Assembly: GCA_003278685.1 (NCBI GenBank) | Contig: QCDS01000002.1 | Location: forward strand, 16,731-80,730 | Direction: 5' to 3' | Origin: Prochlorococcus sp. AG-355-K03 | Lineage (GTDB): Bacteria; Cyanobacteriota; Cyanobacteriia; PCC-6307; Cyanobiaceae | DNA length: 64,000 bases | Shown: piece after piece, positions 53,026 through 63,253 of the stretch | Layout of the letters: each line of letters starts with the position of its first letter | How positions within the stretch are numbered: position 1 is the first letter of the stretch | The notes under the pieces: model-generated | What the model was told of the DNA's origin: nothing | The model's database searches: none | What the model saw: the letters and a program-made list of their open reading frames with translations, nothing else | Program-made: the position numbers and the translations under genes

Positions 53026-54456
53026 TTGGAAAAACGTTTAAGACTAGCCCCGAGTCCAACGGGTTTATTTCATATTGGGACAGCGCGAACAGCACTATTC
53101 AACTGGTTGTATGCACATAAAATAGGTGGAAAATTTCTTATCAGGATAGAAGATACAGATTTTCTTCGATCTAAATCTGAATTTACAAAAAATATATTAG
53201 AAGGCTTAAAATGGCTTGGACTTAGATGGGATGAAGAACCTATAAAGCAAAGTGACCGAATTATGATTCACAAAAGTTATATCAAAAAGCTTATAGAATG
53301 TGGAGCTGCATATAGGTGCTTTACAACAGAAGATGAAATTTCTGAATTAAGAGAAAAACAAAAAAAGAAAGGATTACCGCCAAAGCATGATAATAGACAC
53401 AGAAGTCTTTCAAAAAAAGAAATTGAAACATTCATATCCCAAGGTAGGACTTCAGTAATAAGGTTTAAGATTGATGAAAAAATTCAAATTAAATGGGTAG
53501 ATCAGATAAGAGGCGAAATCAAATGGCAAGGAAAGGATTTGGGTGGTGATTTAGTTTTGTCAAGAAGGGCAAAAGGATATGAGATTGGAGATCCTTTGTA
53601 TAATCTTGCAGTTGTAGTTGATGATAATTTCATGAAAATTACTCATGTTGTAAGGGGTGAAGATCACATTTCAAACACTGCAAAACAAATATTGATTTAT
53701 AAAGCATTAAATTTTAAATTGCCAATTTTTTCGCATACACCCTTAATACTAAATAGTGAAGGGAAAAAATTATCTAAGAGAGATTGCGTAACTTCAATCG
53801 ACGAATTTAAAGAAATGGGATATTTACCTGAGGCCTTATCGAACTATATGGCCTTCTTAGGTTGGTCTCCAAAATCTGCTGACAGAGAAATACTTTCACT
53901 TGAAGAGATATCTGAAATTTTTGACTTATCAGAAATAAATAAAGCTGGAGCCAAATTCAGTTGGGAAAAACTCAACTGGATTAATTCTCAATATATAAAA
54001 AATATGGAATCAATAAAGTTAAGTGAGATCATGAGTAAATACTGGGATGATAATGGTTGGGTCCCACCATCTCAAGAATGGGCTCATAAATTAGCAATTT
54101 TGCTTAGAGACTCTATGACTCTTTTAAAAGATTCAATTGATCAAGCAAGCCCATTTTTCTCAATACCTAAAATTCAAAAAGAAGGTAAAGATTTTCTGGA
54201 AAACAAAGATAGCAAATTATCTTTAAAACTAATCTTAAATTACTTAATTGAGGAAAATACTAAGAAACTAAATAAAGAGAAAGCCACAGAAATAATAAAC
54301 GAAATCTCAAAAATGCATAATATTAAAAAAGGGATATTAATGAAATCATTAAGAGTAGCCTTTTTTGGATCTCTCAGTGGGCCAGATTTAATTCAAAGTT
54401 GGGAGCTTTTTGCAGAGAGTAACACTGATAGAAAGCGAATTGAAAGATGTCTTTAA
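53026..54456 (+). CDS. gltX: Glutamate-tRNA ligase
   Basis: APSPTG.FHIG, RIEDTD, RGEDH, KLSKR. Confidence 0.97.
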   Translation: MEKRLRLAPSPTGLFHIGTARTALFNWLYAHKIGGKFLIRIEDTDFLRSKSEFTKNILEGLKWLGLRWDEEPIKQSDRIMIHKSYIKKLIECGAAYRCFTTEDEISELREKQKKKGLPPKHDNRHRSLSKKEIETFISQGRTSVIRFKIDEKIQIKWVDQIRGEIKWQGKDLGGDLVLSRRAKGYEIGDPLYNLAVVVDDNFMKITHVVRGEDHISNTAKQILIYKALNFKLPIFSHTPLILNSEGKKLSKRDCVTSIDEFKEMGYLPEALSNYMAFLGWSPKSADREILSLEEISEIFDLSEINKAGAKFSWEKLNWINSQYIKNMESIKLSEIMSKYWDDNGWVPPSQEWAHKLAILLRDSMTLLKDSIDQASPFFSIPKIQKEGKDFLENKDSKLSLKLILNYLIEENTKKLNKEKATEIINEISKMHNIKKGILMKSLRVAFFGSLSGPDLIQSWELFAESNTDRKRIERCL

Positions 54457-55662
54457 TCAATCTAAATTATTTTTTTGGTCTAATCCAAGCCTATTTGCCA
54501 AAGGTTTAGCTGAAAGACCTTGTATCCCTACTGTCATCAATATAGTAAGAAAAACTAAACCTTGGAGACGGCCAGCTCCAAGGATGCCAGCCTGCTCTAA
54601 TCTGATAGAAAAAAGAGAAGCTACAGCTGCAGTAACGATACCTCTTGGGGCTAACCAAGCTAAAAATATTTTTTCTTTTAAGTTCAATTCTCTCCCCATT
54701 GTTGCTATCCCGATAGAGATAGGGCGAACAATTACCATCAACATAAAAACACAAACAACCCCTCCCCAGCCAAGCGGACTTAATTCACCCCAAGAAACGT
54801 CAGCGGCCAAAAGAGGAAAAAGAACTGTTATAGCTAATTGAGCTAATTCACCTATTAGATTATCCAATCTCTCCTTATCTATAACTTCTCTTTTGCCTAC
54901 AAAAAAACCTGCCGCGACTGAAGCCGGCAAGCCAGATTCTGGTAAAAAATATTCGCAAATTCCATACACAAGGAAAATGAATCCAAGAGTAACTTGAAGC
55001 TCTATACCAAATGAGGCTTCATTTTTTATTTTTTTTAAAATTTCTGATAGTAACCATCCTGCGCTTAATCCGATTAAAACTCCTCCCCCTAATCTTTGCA
55101 TTAATGCTACAAATACATCATTAATCCCACGAAGATCCCCTAAAGTCAATTCTAAAAGCAGTAATGCTAGTACTGCGCCAATTGGTTCAAGCAACAACCC
55201 CTCAGCTTTTAAAACTTCCGAGAGTGGGGAAGCTAATTTTATTTGTTCCACTAATGGAGAGACAACTGTTGGTCCAGTAGCTAGAACTATGGCACTATAT
55301 ATTCCTCCGACTTGCCATGAGAGGCCAGCCAGCCAATGAGCAATAAAAATTCCAGCTGATAATGAAATAAAAAGTCTTACTAATGAAATTTTCAAAACAG
55401 TATTTCTTATATTTCCCTCAGGCAGTTTTAAATTTAAACCTCCTTCAAAAAGAACCAAACAGACCAAAAGCCCCACAATAGTTTCAAGACCTTGCCCAAG
55501 ATCTAAAGGCTCAACAAGTCCTAATCCTGATCTTCCAATGAATAATCCAGAAAGCAATAAAATAACAACACTTGGGAATCCTGTAAAAGAAGAAAATAAT
55601 CGAGCGCAAGCACCTGCAAATACAGTTATCCCCCAAAGTAATCCAAGCCTTTCAGGCGTCAT
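54457..55662 (-). CDS. CPA1-family Na+/H+ antiporter
   Basis: Polytopic; LFEGG, TGPTVV, APRGIV. Confidence 0.9.
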   Translation of the reverse strand: MTPERLGLLWGITVFAGACARLFSSFTGFPSVVILLLSGLFIGRSGLGLVEPLDLGQGLETIVGLLVCLVLFEGGLNLKLPEGNIRNTVLKISLVRLFISLSAGIFIAHWLAGLSWQVGGIYSAIVLATGPTVVSPLVEQIKLASPLSEVLKAEGLLLEPIGAVLALLLLELTLGDLRGINDVFVALMQRLGGGVLIGLSAGWLLSEILKKIKNEASFGIELQVTLGFIFLVYGICEYFLPESGLPASVAAGFFVGKREVIDKERLDNLIGELAQLAITVLFPLLAADVSWGELSPLGWGGVVCVFMLMVIVRPISIGIATMGRELNLKEKIFLAWLAPRGIVTAAVASLFSIRLEQAGILGAGRLQGLVFLTILMTVGIQGLSAKPLANRLGLDQKNNLD

Positions 55663-55825
55663 ATAAAATTATAAATAGTAAAAATATTACCTATTTTGAT
55701 TAAATCAATAATCTTATCTCTAGTCCAATAAATAGAATACTTTTTAATTTAATTAATTGGCTGAACAAGAGTAATTTTTATTAAATCATTCAAAACTAAT
55801 TTGAAGAAAATGAATTTTATTTCTA

Positions 55826-56002
55826 CTAAGAAAGCTGGCTTATTAAAGCAATAATCATAAAAATAATTCCTATCCCAACAGTTGCCATCCTTCCATTCCA
55901 TATTTCAGCTTGAGGGGTAAAACCTCTTTTCCACAAATTCAGTTCCTTTTTATCAACGAAGTTTTTTGTCTCTTTAATCTCGATTTTAGGTTGTTTGTTC
56001 AT
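55826..56002 (-). CDS. hli: High-light inducible protein (HLIP), 58 aa
   Basis: Not in ORF track. MNKQPK...WKRGFTPQAEIWNGRMATVGIGIIFMIIALISQLS*. Confidence 0.92.
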   Translation of the reverse strand: MNKQPKIEIKETKNFVDKKELNLWKRGFTPQAEIWNGRMATVGIGIIFMIIALISQLS

Positions 56003-56007
56003 TGAAG

Positions 56008-57078
56008 TTAGAAAGGAGGATTTTCTTCATAAAGGGTATTTGCTTGTTCAATTGATAGTCTTCCTGCGACACCTAATTTAAGGGAACTTAAATGATCCTT
56101 AAATTTGATCCTGAACAACGCCGCCGCTCCAATCATTGCAGCATTATCTGTACAAAGATTAAGGGGAGCTAAATGAACTTTAATAGATTTTTTACTAGCT
56201 TCACTAATCATCATTTTTCTTAATGTATTGTTAGCAGCCACTCCCCCAACCACAACAACATTATCCAAGTTATGATCTTCCGCGCATTTTATTGTTCTCT
56301 CTACCAAGACCTCTGCCACTACTCTCTCAAAACTTGCAGCAATATCAGGAATTGGAACGGTCTTCCCGTCCAAATTTATTCTCTCAACTAATCTTAGTAC
56401 GGCAGTTTTTAAACCACTAAAAGAGAAATCATATTTAAGAAATCCACCTTTTTTATCAGAAATCCTACATTTTGGTAAATTAAATTTCATTGGGTCCCCT
56501 TTTTTAGCAATCTTTTCAATTGCCGGTCCTCCTGGATAACTAAGACCTAATAGTCTGCCAACTTTATCAAAGGCTTCTCCAGCAGCATCATCAAAACTTT
56601 TTCCAAGTCTTTGCATTCCTCTTCTATCATCAACCTTTATCAATTCAGTATGCCCGCCGCTAACAAGTAATGTAAGGAAAGATTTCTTTGGATAGTTTTC
56701 TGAAAAAAGAATTGAAGATAAATGCCCCTCTAAATGATGAATTCCCAAAAATGGTTTTGAATGTAACATGCAAAGTGATCTTGCAGTTATAGAACCAACT
56801 CTTAAACAACCAACTAATCCAGGAGCTACAGTTGATGCAATATAATCGACTTCCTCAATTTTGATTTTTGATTCTTCTAAAGCCTCATCCAAAACAAAAG
56901 GTAACAATTCTAAATGCTTTCTTGCTGCGAGTTCAGGCACAACTCCTCCCCACTTTGAATGATCTTCAATTTGAGAAGCTATAATATTTGAATGTATTTT
57001 GAAAGAATCGCCAATATTAGAAACTATTGAGACAGATGTCTCATCACAACTTGTTTCAATAGCTAAAACTTTATGCAT
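56008..57078 (-). CDS. tsaD: tRNA t6A threonylcarbamoyltransferase
   Basis: IETSCDET, HHLEGH, SGGHT, GEAFDK, TDNAAMI. Confidence 0.97.
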   Translation of the reverse strand: MHKVLAIETSCDETSVSIVSNIGDSFKIHSNIIASQIEDHSKWGGVVPELAARKHLELLPFVLDEALEESKIKIEEVDYIASTVAPGLVGCLRVGSITARSLCMLHSKPFLGIHHLEGHLSSILFSENYPKKSFLTLLVSGGHTELIKVDDRRGMQRLGKSFDDAAGEAFDKVGRLLGLSYPGGPAIEKIAKKGDPMKFNLPKCRISDKKGGFLKYDFSFSGLKTAVLRLVERINLDGKTVPIPDIAASFERVVAEVLVERTIKCAEDHNLDNVVVVGGVAANNTLRKMMISEASKKSIKVHLAPLNLCTDNAAMIGAAALFRIKFKDHLSSLKLGVAGRLSIEQANTLYEENPPF

Positions 57079-57152
57079 TTTTGATTCAACTTGTTCTATT
57101 TTAATATTAATTTCTTACTTAACACACTATAAGGAATTAAAGATTGCAACTT

Positions 57153-57707
57153 ATGAAATTCTTTTTTTCAATCATAACCTCAGTTTTTCTGTTCCTCGGA
57201 ATTACCCCAATTGCTCTAGCTGCAAATGGGCCTGCCTTAAACGCAGATAGAGCTAGCACAGAATATACTGCTTCAGCCCTCACAAAATGCTCTGAAAATC
57301 CCAAATTCATTGAGAGATCGAGTTCTGCCACTACACAAAAAGACATAGCAAGATTTGAAAGATACGGAAAAGCATCATGCGGAGATGATGGTCTTCCACA
57401 TTTAATAATTGGACCTCCTCTTGAGCCTTGGGGAGCACTTCTAAATAGAGGTCATGAAGGAGATTTACTTATTCCTGGAGTATTGTTCATTTACATTGCC
57501 GGAATTATAGGTTGGTCAGGAAGAGAGTATCTAATTGAATCAAAAAAGACTAAGAATCCAGCAGATCTAGAGATCATTATTGACCTAGACTTAGCGAGAA
57601 AATGTCTTGTGAAAGGAGCGCAATGGCCTCTTCTTGCTAATAAACAAGGAAGAAATGGTGATTTAAGAGAGAAAGATAACAATATTACACTTAATGGTCC
57701 TCGCTAA
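57153..57707 (+). CDS. psaF: Photosystem I subunit III
   Basis: LTKCSENPKF, RFERY...CGDDGLPHLI, FIYIAGIIGWSGR.Y; ATG 57153 preferred to TTG 57144. Confidence 0.95.
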   Translation: MKFFFSIITSVFLFLGITPIALAANGPALNADRASTEYTASALTKCSENPKFIERSSSATTQKDIARFERYGKASCGDDGLPHLIIGPPLEPWGALLNRGHEGDLLIPGVLFIYIAGIIGWSGREYLIESKKTKNPADLEIIIDLDLARKCLVKGAQWPLLANKQGRNGDLREKDNNITLNGPR

Positions 57708-57731
57708 ACATCTTTAAACTTTCATAAAAAA

Positions 57732-57866
57732 ATGTTCAAAATTCTAAACACAAAATTTGTCAGATCTGCTCCAGTGGTAGCAGCTATTTGGCTAAGCCTT
57801 ACAGCTGGAATAATAATTGAATTTAATAGGTTTTTCCCAGATTTATTATTCCATCCAATGAGTTGA
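57732..57866 (+). CDS. psaJ: Photosystem I subunit IX, 44 aa
   Basis: Not in ORF track. [44 protein letters not shown]. Confidence 0.96.
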   Translation: MFKILNTKFVRSAPVVAAIWLSLTAGIIIEFNRFFPDLLFHPMS

Positions 57867-57880
57867 TAAAGAGAAAATAA

Positions 57881-58435
57881 TCAAGTTTTTATTAACTTGA
57901 TTATTTTTTTTGCTGTTTCATCAACAATGTGATTTGTTAATGCATAATCAAATTGATTTGATACTGAAATCTCATAATTAGCCCTTAAGAGTCTTTTTTT
58001 GATTGCCTCTTCTTTTTCTGTACCTCTATTTCTTATTCTTTTCTCTAACTCTTCTTTATCCGGAGGAAGTAAAAATATTGACAGTGAATTAGGAAACTTA
58101 TTTTTTATTTGCCTTGCACCCTCTACTTCAATTTCAAGTAGTACGGTGAATCCTTTTTCAATTTTCTCATTAACAGAAGACAAAGGCGTTCCATAGTAGT
58201 TTCCAGCGAATTGAGCCCATTCAAGGAACAGGTTTCGTTCAATCATTTCTTTAAACTTTTCTTGATTTAAAAAGTAGTAATTTTCTCCTTCCTTCTCTCC
58301 ATCTCTAGGTTCTCGAGTAGTTGCAGATATTGAAAGCCAAAAATTTTTTTCTTTACCTAATATTTCTTTAACAACCGTTCCTTTGCCTACCCCGCTGGGG
58401 CCAGTAAGGATAATAAGTTTTTTTTGATTTTTCAT
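57881..58435 (-). CDS. gmk: Guanylate kinase
   Basis: GPSGVGKGT, SATTREPR.GE, YYGT. Confidence 0.97.
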   Translation of the reverse strand: MKNQKKLIILTGPSGVGKGTVVKEILGKEKNFWLSISATTREPRDGEKEGENYYFLNQEKFKEMIERNLFLEWAQFAGNYYGTPLSSVNEKIEKGFTVLLEIEVEGARQIKNKFPNSLSIFLLPPDKEELEKRIRNRGTEKEEAIKKRLLRANYEISVSNQFDYALTNHIVDETAKKIIKLIKT

Positions 58436-58484
58436 ATTAAATTTTTTACAGTAAAATAAATGTCTTGTGAATTAAGAAGGAATA

Positions 58485-60209
58485 ATGCAAAAAGGTGTTC
58501 CACAGATAATGGATATTACATCTATTAGATCTGTCTTGCATTATTTGACAAGAAATATCTTACCTACAAAGTTTGAAACTGCCCAACAACCAGAGCCTAA
58601 TACAATTCAATTATGTTTCAGAGGAGTTGATTCTCAAACATGGTTAGAAGTTTCATGGAATGGAGACTCTCCTAGAATACTAAAGATAAATAAGCCAGAA
58701 AAGATTGGGAGAGAAAGCACACTTTCTAAACAAATAAGATATGGATTAAAGTATATGGCTTTAATTTCGATTGATCAAGATGATTTCGAGAGAGTTATAA
58801 AATTTAGTTTTGCAAAAAAACCTGGAGATGAAATTGATAAGTATTTAATTTTTGAATTAATGGGAAAACATAGTAATATTTTTTATCTGGATAATAAACA
58901 TAAAATAATTGCCGTTGGTAAACAAATTAAATCAAGTCAATCTAGTTTTAGAACAATTTCAACAGGATCAATTTATTCTAACCCTCCAGTCAATCTCAAA
59001 AAACAACCTAAAGAAGATGAGTCTTTTCAATCATGGAAAGACTCAATTTCAATAGTACCTGAGTCTTTGAAATACTGTTTAATAAATACCTATCAAGGAG
59101 TAAGCCCTATCCTCACAAAACAATTAGAGGTTGTTAGCGCAACTGTTGATCCAGAAATAATGGAAAAAAATATTGATTTCATTAGCAACTCAGACTTAAA
59201 GGAGATATTTAAAAATTGGAAGATTTGGATAAACAGGTTTAAAAACAATAACTTTAATTTTTCTACATTCAACAAAGATTTTTATTGCGTTTGGTTTTTT
59301 GATAAGGAAATTAATTTCGAAAAAAAAATAGATTTATGCACAAGCTTAGAGAATTATTATGATTATCATCTGAAACAAAAAAAACTTGAATTATTGGAAA
59401 AGAAAATTGAAGGGATAATTTTTAAACAGACCAATACTGAGAAAAAGAATTTAAATATTCAATATGATCTTCTGACAAAATCAGAAAACTACGAGATATA
59501 TAAAGAAAAAGCTGATAATATATTTTCCTCACATGAAATTAAAAAACAAGACATTATAAAGGGACAAAAACTATATAAAAAATCAAAAAAACTAAAGAGA
59601 TCTAAAGAATTAATAAAAGAAAGATTAAGTATTTACAAAACAAATATAGAGAGATTAGACGAATTCACAACGCTTCTAGAAAATTTAAATTCTTTAAATC
59701 ATGAGAAACTTTCTATGAGAATCAAACTACTAGAAGAAATTATGGAAGAAATTTGTGACGAGTTTAATATCAATATCAAGAAGCAAAGAGAAGATCAGAA
59801 AAGTACATATGAGATAGAGTCTTCACCAATTCAAGTTGACACTCCCACAGGATTAAAGCTTCAGGTAGGTCGAAATATGAGGCAAAATGATTTAATAAGC
59901 TTTAAGTTCTCAAAAAAAGGCGATTTATGGTTTCATGCACAGGAATCACCAGGCAGTCATGTGGTTTTGAAGTCTTCATCTCAAGTAGCATCTGAACAAG
60001 ATCTTCAAATAGCTGCAGATTTAGCTGCTTTGTTTAGTAAGGCAAAAAGAAACATTAAAGTTCCAATTAATTTAGTAAAGATTAAAGATTTGCAAAAAAT
60101 CAAAAACGGAGGACCGGGTTGCGTTTCCTTTAAAAATGGAGAAATTATTTGGGGAAATCCTACAAGAGGAGAAGATTACATTAAAAAAAATCTTAAAACA
60201 GTAATTTAG
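58485..60209 (+). CDS. NFACT-family protein (RqcH/FbpA-like)
   Basis: ERVI, ELMGKHSN, coiled coil, VGRNMRQND, DLWFHA...PGSHV. Confidence 0.9.
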   Translation: MQKGVPQIMDITSIRSVLHYLTRNILPTKFETAQQPEPNTIQLCFRGVDSQTWLEVSWNGDSPRILKINKPEKIGRESTLSKQIRYGLKYMALISIDQDDFERVIKFSFAKKPGDEIDKYLIFELMGKHSNIFYLDNKHKIIAVGKQIKSSQSSFRTISTGSIYSNPPVNLKKQPKEDESFQSWKDSISIVPESLKYCLINTYQGVSPILTKQLEVVSATVDPEIMEKNIDFISNSDLKEIFKNWKIWINRFKNNNFNFSTFNKDFYCVWFFDKEINFEKKIDLCTSLENYYDYHLKQKKLELLEKKIEGIIFKQTNTEKKNLNIQYDLLTKSENYEIYKEKADNIFSSHEIKKQDIIKGQKLYKKSKKLKRSKELIKERLSIYKTNIERLDEFTTLLENLNSLNHEKLSMRIKLLEEIMEEICDEFNINIKKQREDQKSTYEIESSPIQVDTPTGLKLQVGRNMRQNDLISFKFSKKGDLWFHAQESPGSHVVLKSSSQVASEQDLQIAADLAALFSKAKRNIKVPINLVKIKDLQKIKNGGPGCVSFKNGEIIWGNPTRGEDYIKKNLKTVI

Positions 60210-60238
60210 TTTATAATAAAAAAAATTTTTAAATCTAA

Positions 60239-60499
60239 ATGTTTGATTTTCTTTTAGGCACTCATGAATTTTTAGGAAATCATAGTTTTCCAGAATTTAT
60301 TGTTGGATATCTATTTGGTGCTGCCTTAATAATTGGAGCTCCTACTGTTTTCTTACTACTTGCCTTCGTAAGCGCTTTAATGAAAACAAATGGGAAAATG
60401 GGTGGATATAGAGAATATGAAACATATGGTGAATCATCTTTAAATGATGCCCCTCCTTTCTTATTACCAGATCCAACAAATCCTAAATTAAGCAAATAA
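60239..60499 (+). CDS. Small membrane hypothetical protein
   Basis: 86-aa ORF with a long hydrophobic segment; fills intergenic gap. Confidence 0.65.
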   Translation: MFDFLLGTHEFLGNHSFPEFIVGYLFGAALIIGAPTVFLLLAFVSALMKTNGKMGGYREYETYGESSLNDAPPFLLPDPTNPKLSK

Positions 60500-60579
60500 T
60501 TAAGTTAATCGAAAAATAAATTGAACTTTGACAATAGTAGTTTTAAACCTTTTTCTTACACAATTTTTATCAAATAATA

Positions 60580-61338
60580 ATGAGAGGTACAGGTCAAAGT
60601 GAAAAAAAATTATCAGATTCGATGACTTTTAGTGAACATTTAGAGGAGCTTCGTCAAAGGATACTAAACTCAATTTACTCAATACTTATTTCAATATTCT
60701 TTAGTTTTCTGGTCATAAAGCCATTAATATCTTTTTTAGAAATTCCAGCTGGTGATATTCATTTACTACAACTTGCTCCAGGAGAGTTTTTATTTGTCGC
60801 TATTAAAGTTGCAGGTTACAGCGGATTGATAGTTTCTATGCCTTATATTTTTTATCAAATAATATTATTCATTTCTCCTGGTTTAACAAAACAAGAAAAA
60901 AGCCTTATCTTGCCTGCAGTTTTTGGTTCAGGTCTTTTATTTTTTTTAGGATTATTTTTTTCATGGTGGATATTAGTCCCTGCAGCAATAAATTTCTTCA
61001 TTAGTTTCGGTGCTGATATTGTTGAACCAACTTGGTCTATAGAAAGATATTTTGATTTTGTTCTCTTATTAATGTCTAGCACTGCAATTGCTTTTCAATT
61101 GCCAGTATTACAATTTATTCTTGGTTCTCTTGGAATAATCACAACAGAAAAAATGATTTCAAATTGGAAGATAGTTGTAATTTCCTCTGCAATATTATCT
61201 GCAGTGATTACTCCTTCAACTGACCCATTGACTATGTCATTGCTATCTATATCGATTGTATTTTTATTTTTTGTGGGTACTGGATTAACTTACTTATCAG
61301 AAAATATTAAGTCAAAAACTCTTTCATCTTCTCATTAA
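60580..61338 (+). CDS. tatC: Twin-arginine translocase subunit C
   Basis: EHLEELRQR, FISPGL, FQLP, ITPSTDP. Confidence 0.96.
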   Translation: MRGTGQSEKKLSDSMTFSEHLEELRQRILNSIYSILISIFFSFLVIKPLISFLEIPAGDIHLLQLAPGEFLFVAIKVAGYSGLIVSMPYIFYQIILFISPGLTKQEKSLILPAVFGSGLLFFLGLFFSWWILVPAAINFFISFGADIVEPTWSIERYFDFVLLLMSSTAIAFQLPVLQFILGSLGIITTEKMISNWKIVVISSAILSAVITPSTDPLTMSLLSISIVFLFFVGTGLTYLSENIKSKTLSSSH

Positions 61339-61624
61339 GATCTAATTGCAAGCTGACAGCTCTACCTAACCTAGGCTTAGCATTGACTTTCTTTAGCCAT
61401 TCCCTTACTTCTTCTGAATATCCACATCTATTTAAAATCTCGATTTTATCAGCTATCGATTTTTTATATTCATCTTCACTTAAAGGGAATGATTCCTGTC
61501 CAAGAAATCCCCACATCATTTGAAAATAAACGAATTTTCCTCTTTTAAAGAGTCTAAAATCATACTTTTTCCCCCAGCGATGAATCAAATAATGTATAAC
61601 TTCATCTACTAGCAATGGGTTCAT
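61307..61624 (-). CDS. DUF3067-like conserved cyanobacterial protein
   Basis: RWGKKYD, QMMW..L.Q.SFPLSE..Y, PRLGRAVS. Confidence 0.8.
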   Translation of the reverse strand: MNPLLVDEVIHYLIHRWGKKYDFRLFKRGKFVYFQMMWGFLGQESFPLSEDEYKKSIADKIEILNRCGYSEEVREWLKKVNAKPRLGRAVSLQLDLNEKMKEFLT

Positions 61625-61747
61625 TTAAATCAATTAATTAAGACTTCCTAAACTTTTACTTTAAATTATTAAAAGTCCTATCTATTTGCAACAGAAATTG
61701 AACAATTTGATCCATAATAACTAATAAATAACAGAACCAAGTAGCGA

Positions 61748-62284
61748 ATGACTCAATTAAGTTCCAATGATGTCCCTTCTATGGGTCGAAGGCAATTTAT
61801 GAATCTTCTTACATTTGGTACTGCAACTGGTGTAGCTTTAGGAGCTCTTTACCCTGTAGCGAATTATTTCATGCCTCTAAGGGCAGGCGGTGGTGGAGGT
61901 GGAACTTCTGCTAAAGATGAATTAGGGAATCCAATAACTAAGACAGGTTGGTTAGCTACCCATCAAGCAGGAGACAGAAGTTTAGTTCAGGGTCTAAAGG
62001 GAGATCCAACTTATTTAATAGTTAATGAGGGTGGGGAAATAGGAGAATTTGGTTTAAATGCAATTTGTACTCATTTAGGTTGTGTTGTCCCATGGGATAG
62101 TGGTGCTAATAAATTCATATGTCCTTGTCATGGCAGTCAGTACGATACTAACGGGAAGGTAGTAAGAGGGCCTGCGCCTTTATCTTTAGCTCTAGCTCAT
62201 GTCGATATTGAAGATGATGCTGTACTCGTCAAACAATGGTCAGAAACTGACTTTAGAACTAATGAAAATCCATGGTGGGCATAA
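61748..62284 (+). CDS. petC: Cytochrome b6f Rieske iron-sulfur subunit
   Basis: RRQFM Tat motif, [14 protein letters not shown]. Confidence 0.98.
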   Translation: MTQLSSNDVPSMGRRQFMNLLTFGTATGVALGALYPVANYFMPLRAGGGGGGTSAKDELGNPITKTGWLATHQAGDRSLVQGLKGDPTYLIVNEGGEIGEFGLNAICTHLGCVVPWDSGANKFICPCHGSQYDTNGKVVRGPAPLSLALAHVDIEDDAVLVKQWSETDFRTNENPWWA

Positions 62285-62289
62285 AAAAA

Positions 62290-63243
62290 ATGAAAGGTCT
62301 TAAAAATCAAATCATGAAAAAAACAAGTTTATTTATCTGTACTTTGCTTTTCATTTCAAGCATTGTATTTTTTCCAGAGATCAGTTTTGCTTATCCATTT
62401 TGGGCTCAGCAAAACTACGAATCCCCAAGAGAAGCCACAGGTAAGATAGTATGTGCGAATTGTCATCTAGCTCAGATGCCTACAATTGCAGAGGTTCCAC
62501 AATCTGTTGGAGCAGACAGTGTTTTCAAAGCTGTAGTCAAAATACCCTACAAAAATGATTTAAAAGAGATAGGGGCTGATGGTTCGGAAGTCCCATTACA
62601 AGTTGGTGCTGTTGTAATGCTGCCTGATGGCTTTAAACTTGCTCCACAAGAAAGATGGACCGAAGAAATAAAAGAGGAGACAGAAGGGGTTTATTTCACT
62701 AACTACAGTGAAGAAAAAGATAATATCATTATTGTCGGGCCTTTACCTGGCGATACCAATAAAGAAATTGTTTTCCCTGTACTTTCCCCTGACCCATCCA
62801 CTAATAAAGAATATCACTATGGGAAATACTCGTTACATATTGGAGGCAATAGAGGTAGAGGTCAGGTATATCCAACTGGAGACAAGAGTAATAATGTAGT
62901 ATTCACTTCTTCCACCTCAGGAACTATAAATTCAATAGAGACAATTGAAGATGGTAGCTATCAAGTCAATATAGAAAACGATAATGGTGAAATAACTACT
63001 GAAGCAGTGCCCGTTGGTCCTCAACTTATCGTAAAAGCGCAAGATAAAATTAATGTAGGTGACCCTCTTACTAATGATCCCAACGTTGGTGGGTTTGGAC
63101 AATTAGATGCTGAGGTTGTACTTCAGAGCCCTTATAGAGTTATTGGATTGATTGCGTTCTTCATTGGTGTAGGCTTAACACAAATACTTTTAGTATTAAA
63201 GAAAAAACAAGTAGAAAAAGTGCAAGCAGCAGAGGGTATCTAA
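62290..63243 (+). CDS. petA: Cytochrome f (start at ATG 62290 or 62314)
   Basis: YPFWAQQ, CANCH, GNRGRGQ, LKKKQ. Confidence 0.97.
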   Translation: MKGLKNQIMKKTSLFICTLLFISSIVFFPEISFAYPFWAQQNYESPREATGKIVCANCHLAQMPTIAEVPQSVGADSVFKAVVKIPYKNDLKEIGADGSEVPLQVGAVVMLPDGFKLAPQERWTEEIKEETEGVYFTNYSEEKDNIIIVGPLPGDTNKEIVFPVLSPDPSTNKEYHYGKYSLHIGGNRGRGQVYPTGDKSNNVVFTSSTSGTINSIETIEDGSYQVNIENDNGEITTEAVPVGPQLIVKAQDKINVGDPLTNDPNVGGFGQLDAEVVLQSPYRVIGLIAFFIGVGLTQILLVLKKKQVEKVQAAEGI

Positions 63244-63253
63244 CTTTCTCTAA

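Noticed and set aside
54410-54841. 143-aa plus-strand ORF and similar antisense ORFs (e.g. 2080-2343, 10970-11281, 12888-13190, 14338-14712, 28688-29074, 29369-29869, 33571-33855, 49154-49414)
   Set aside because: Shadows of well-supported genes on the opposite strand; no recognisable motifs.
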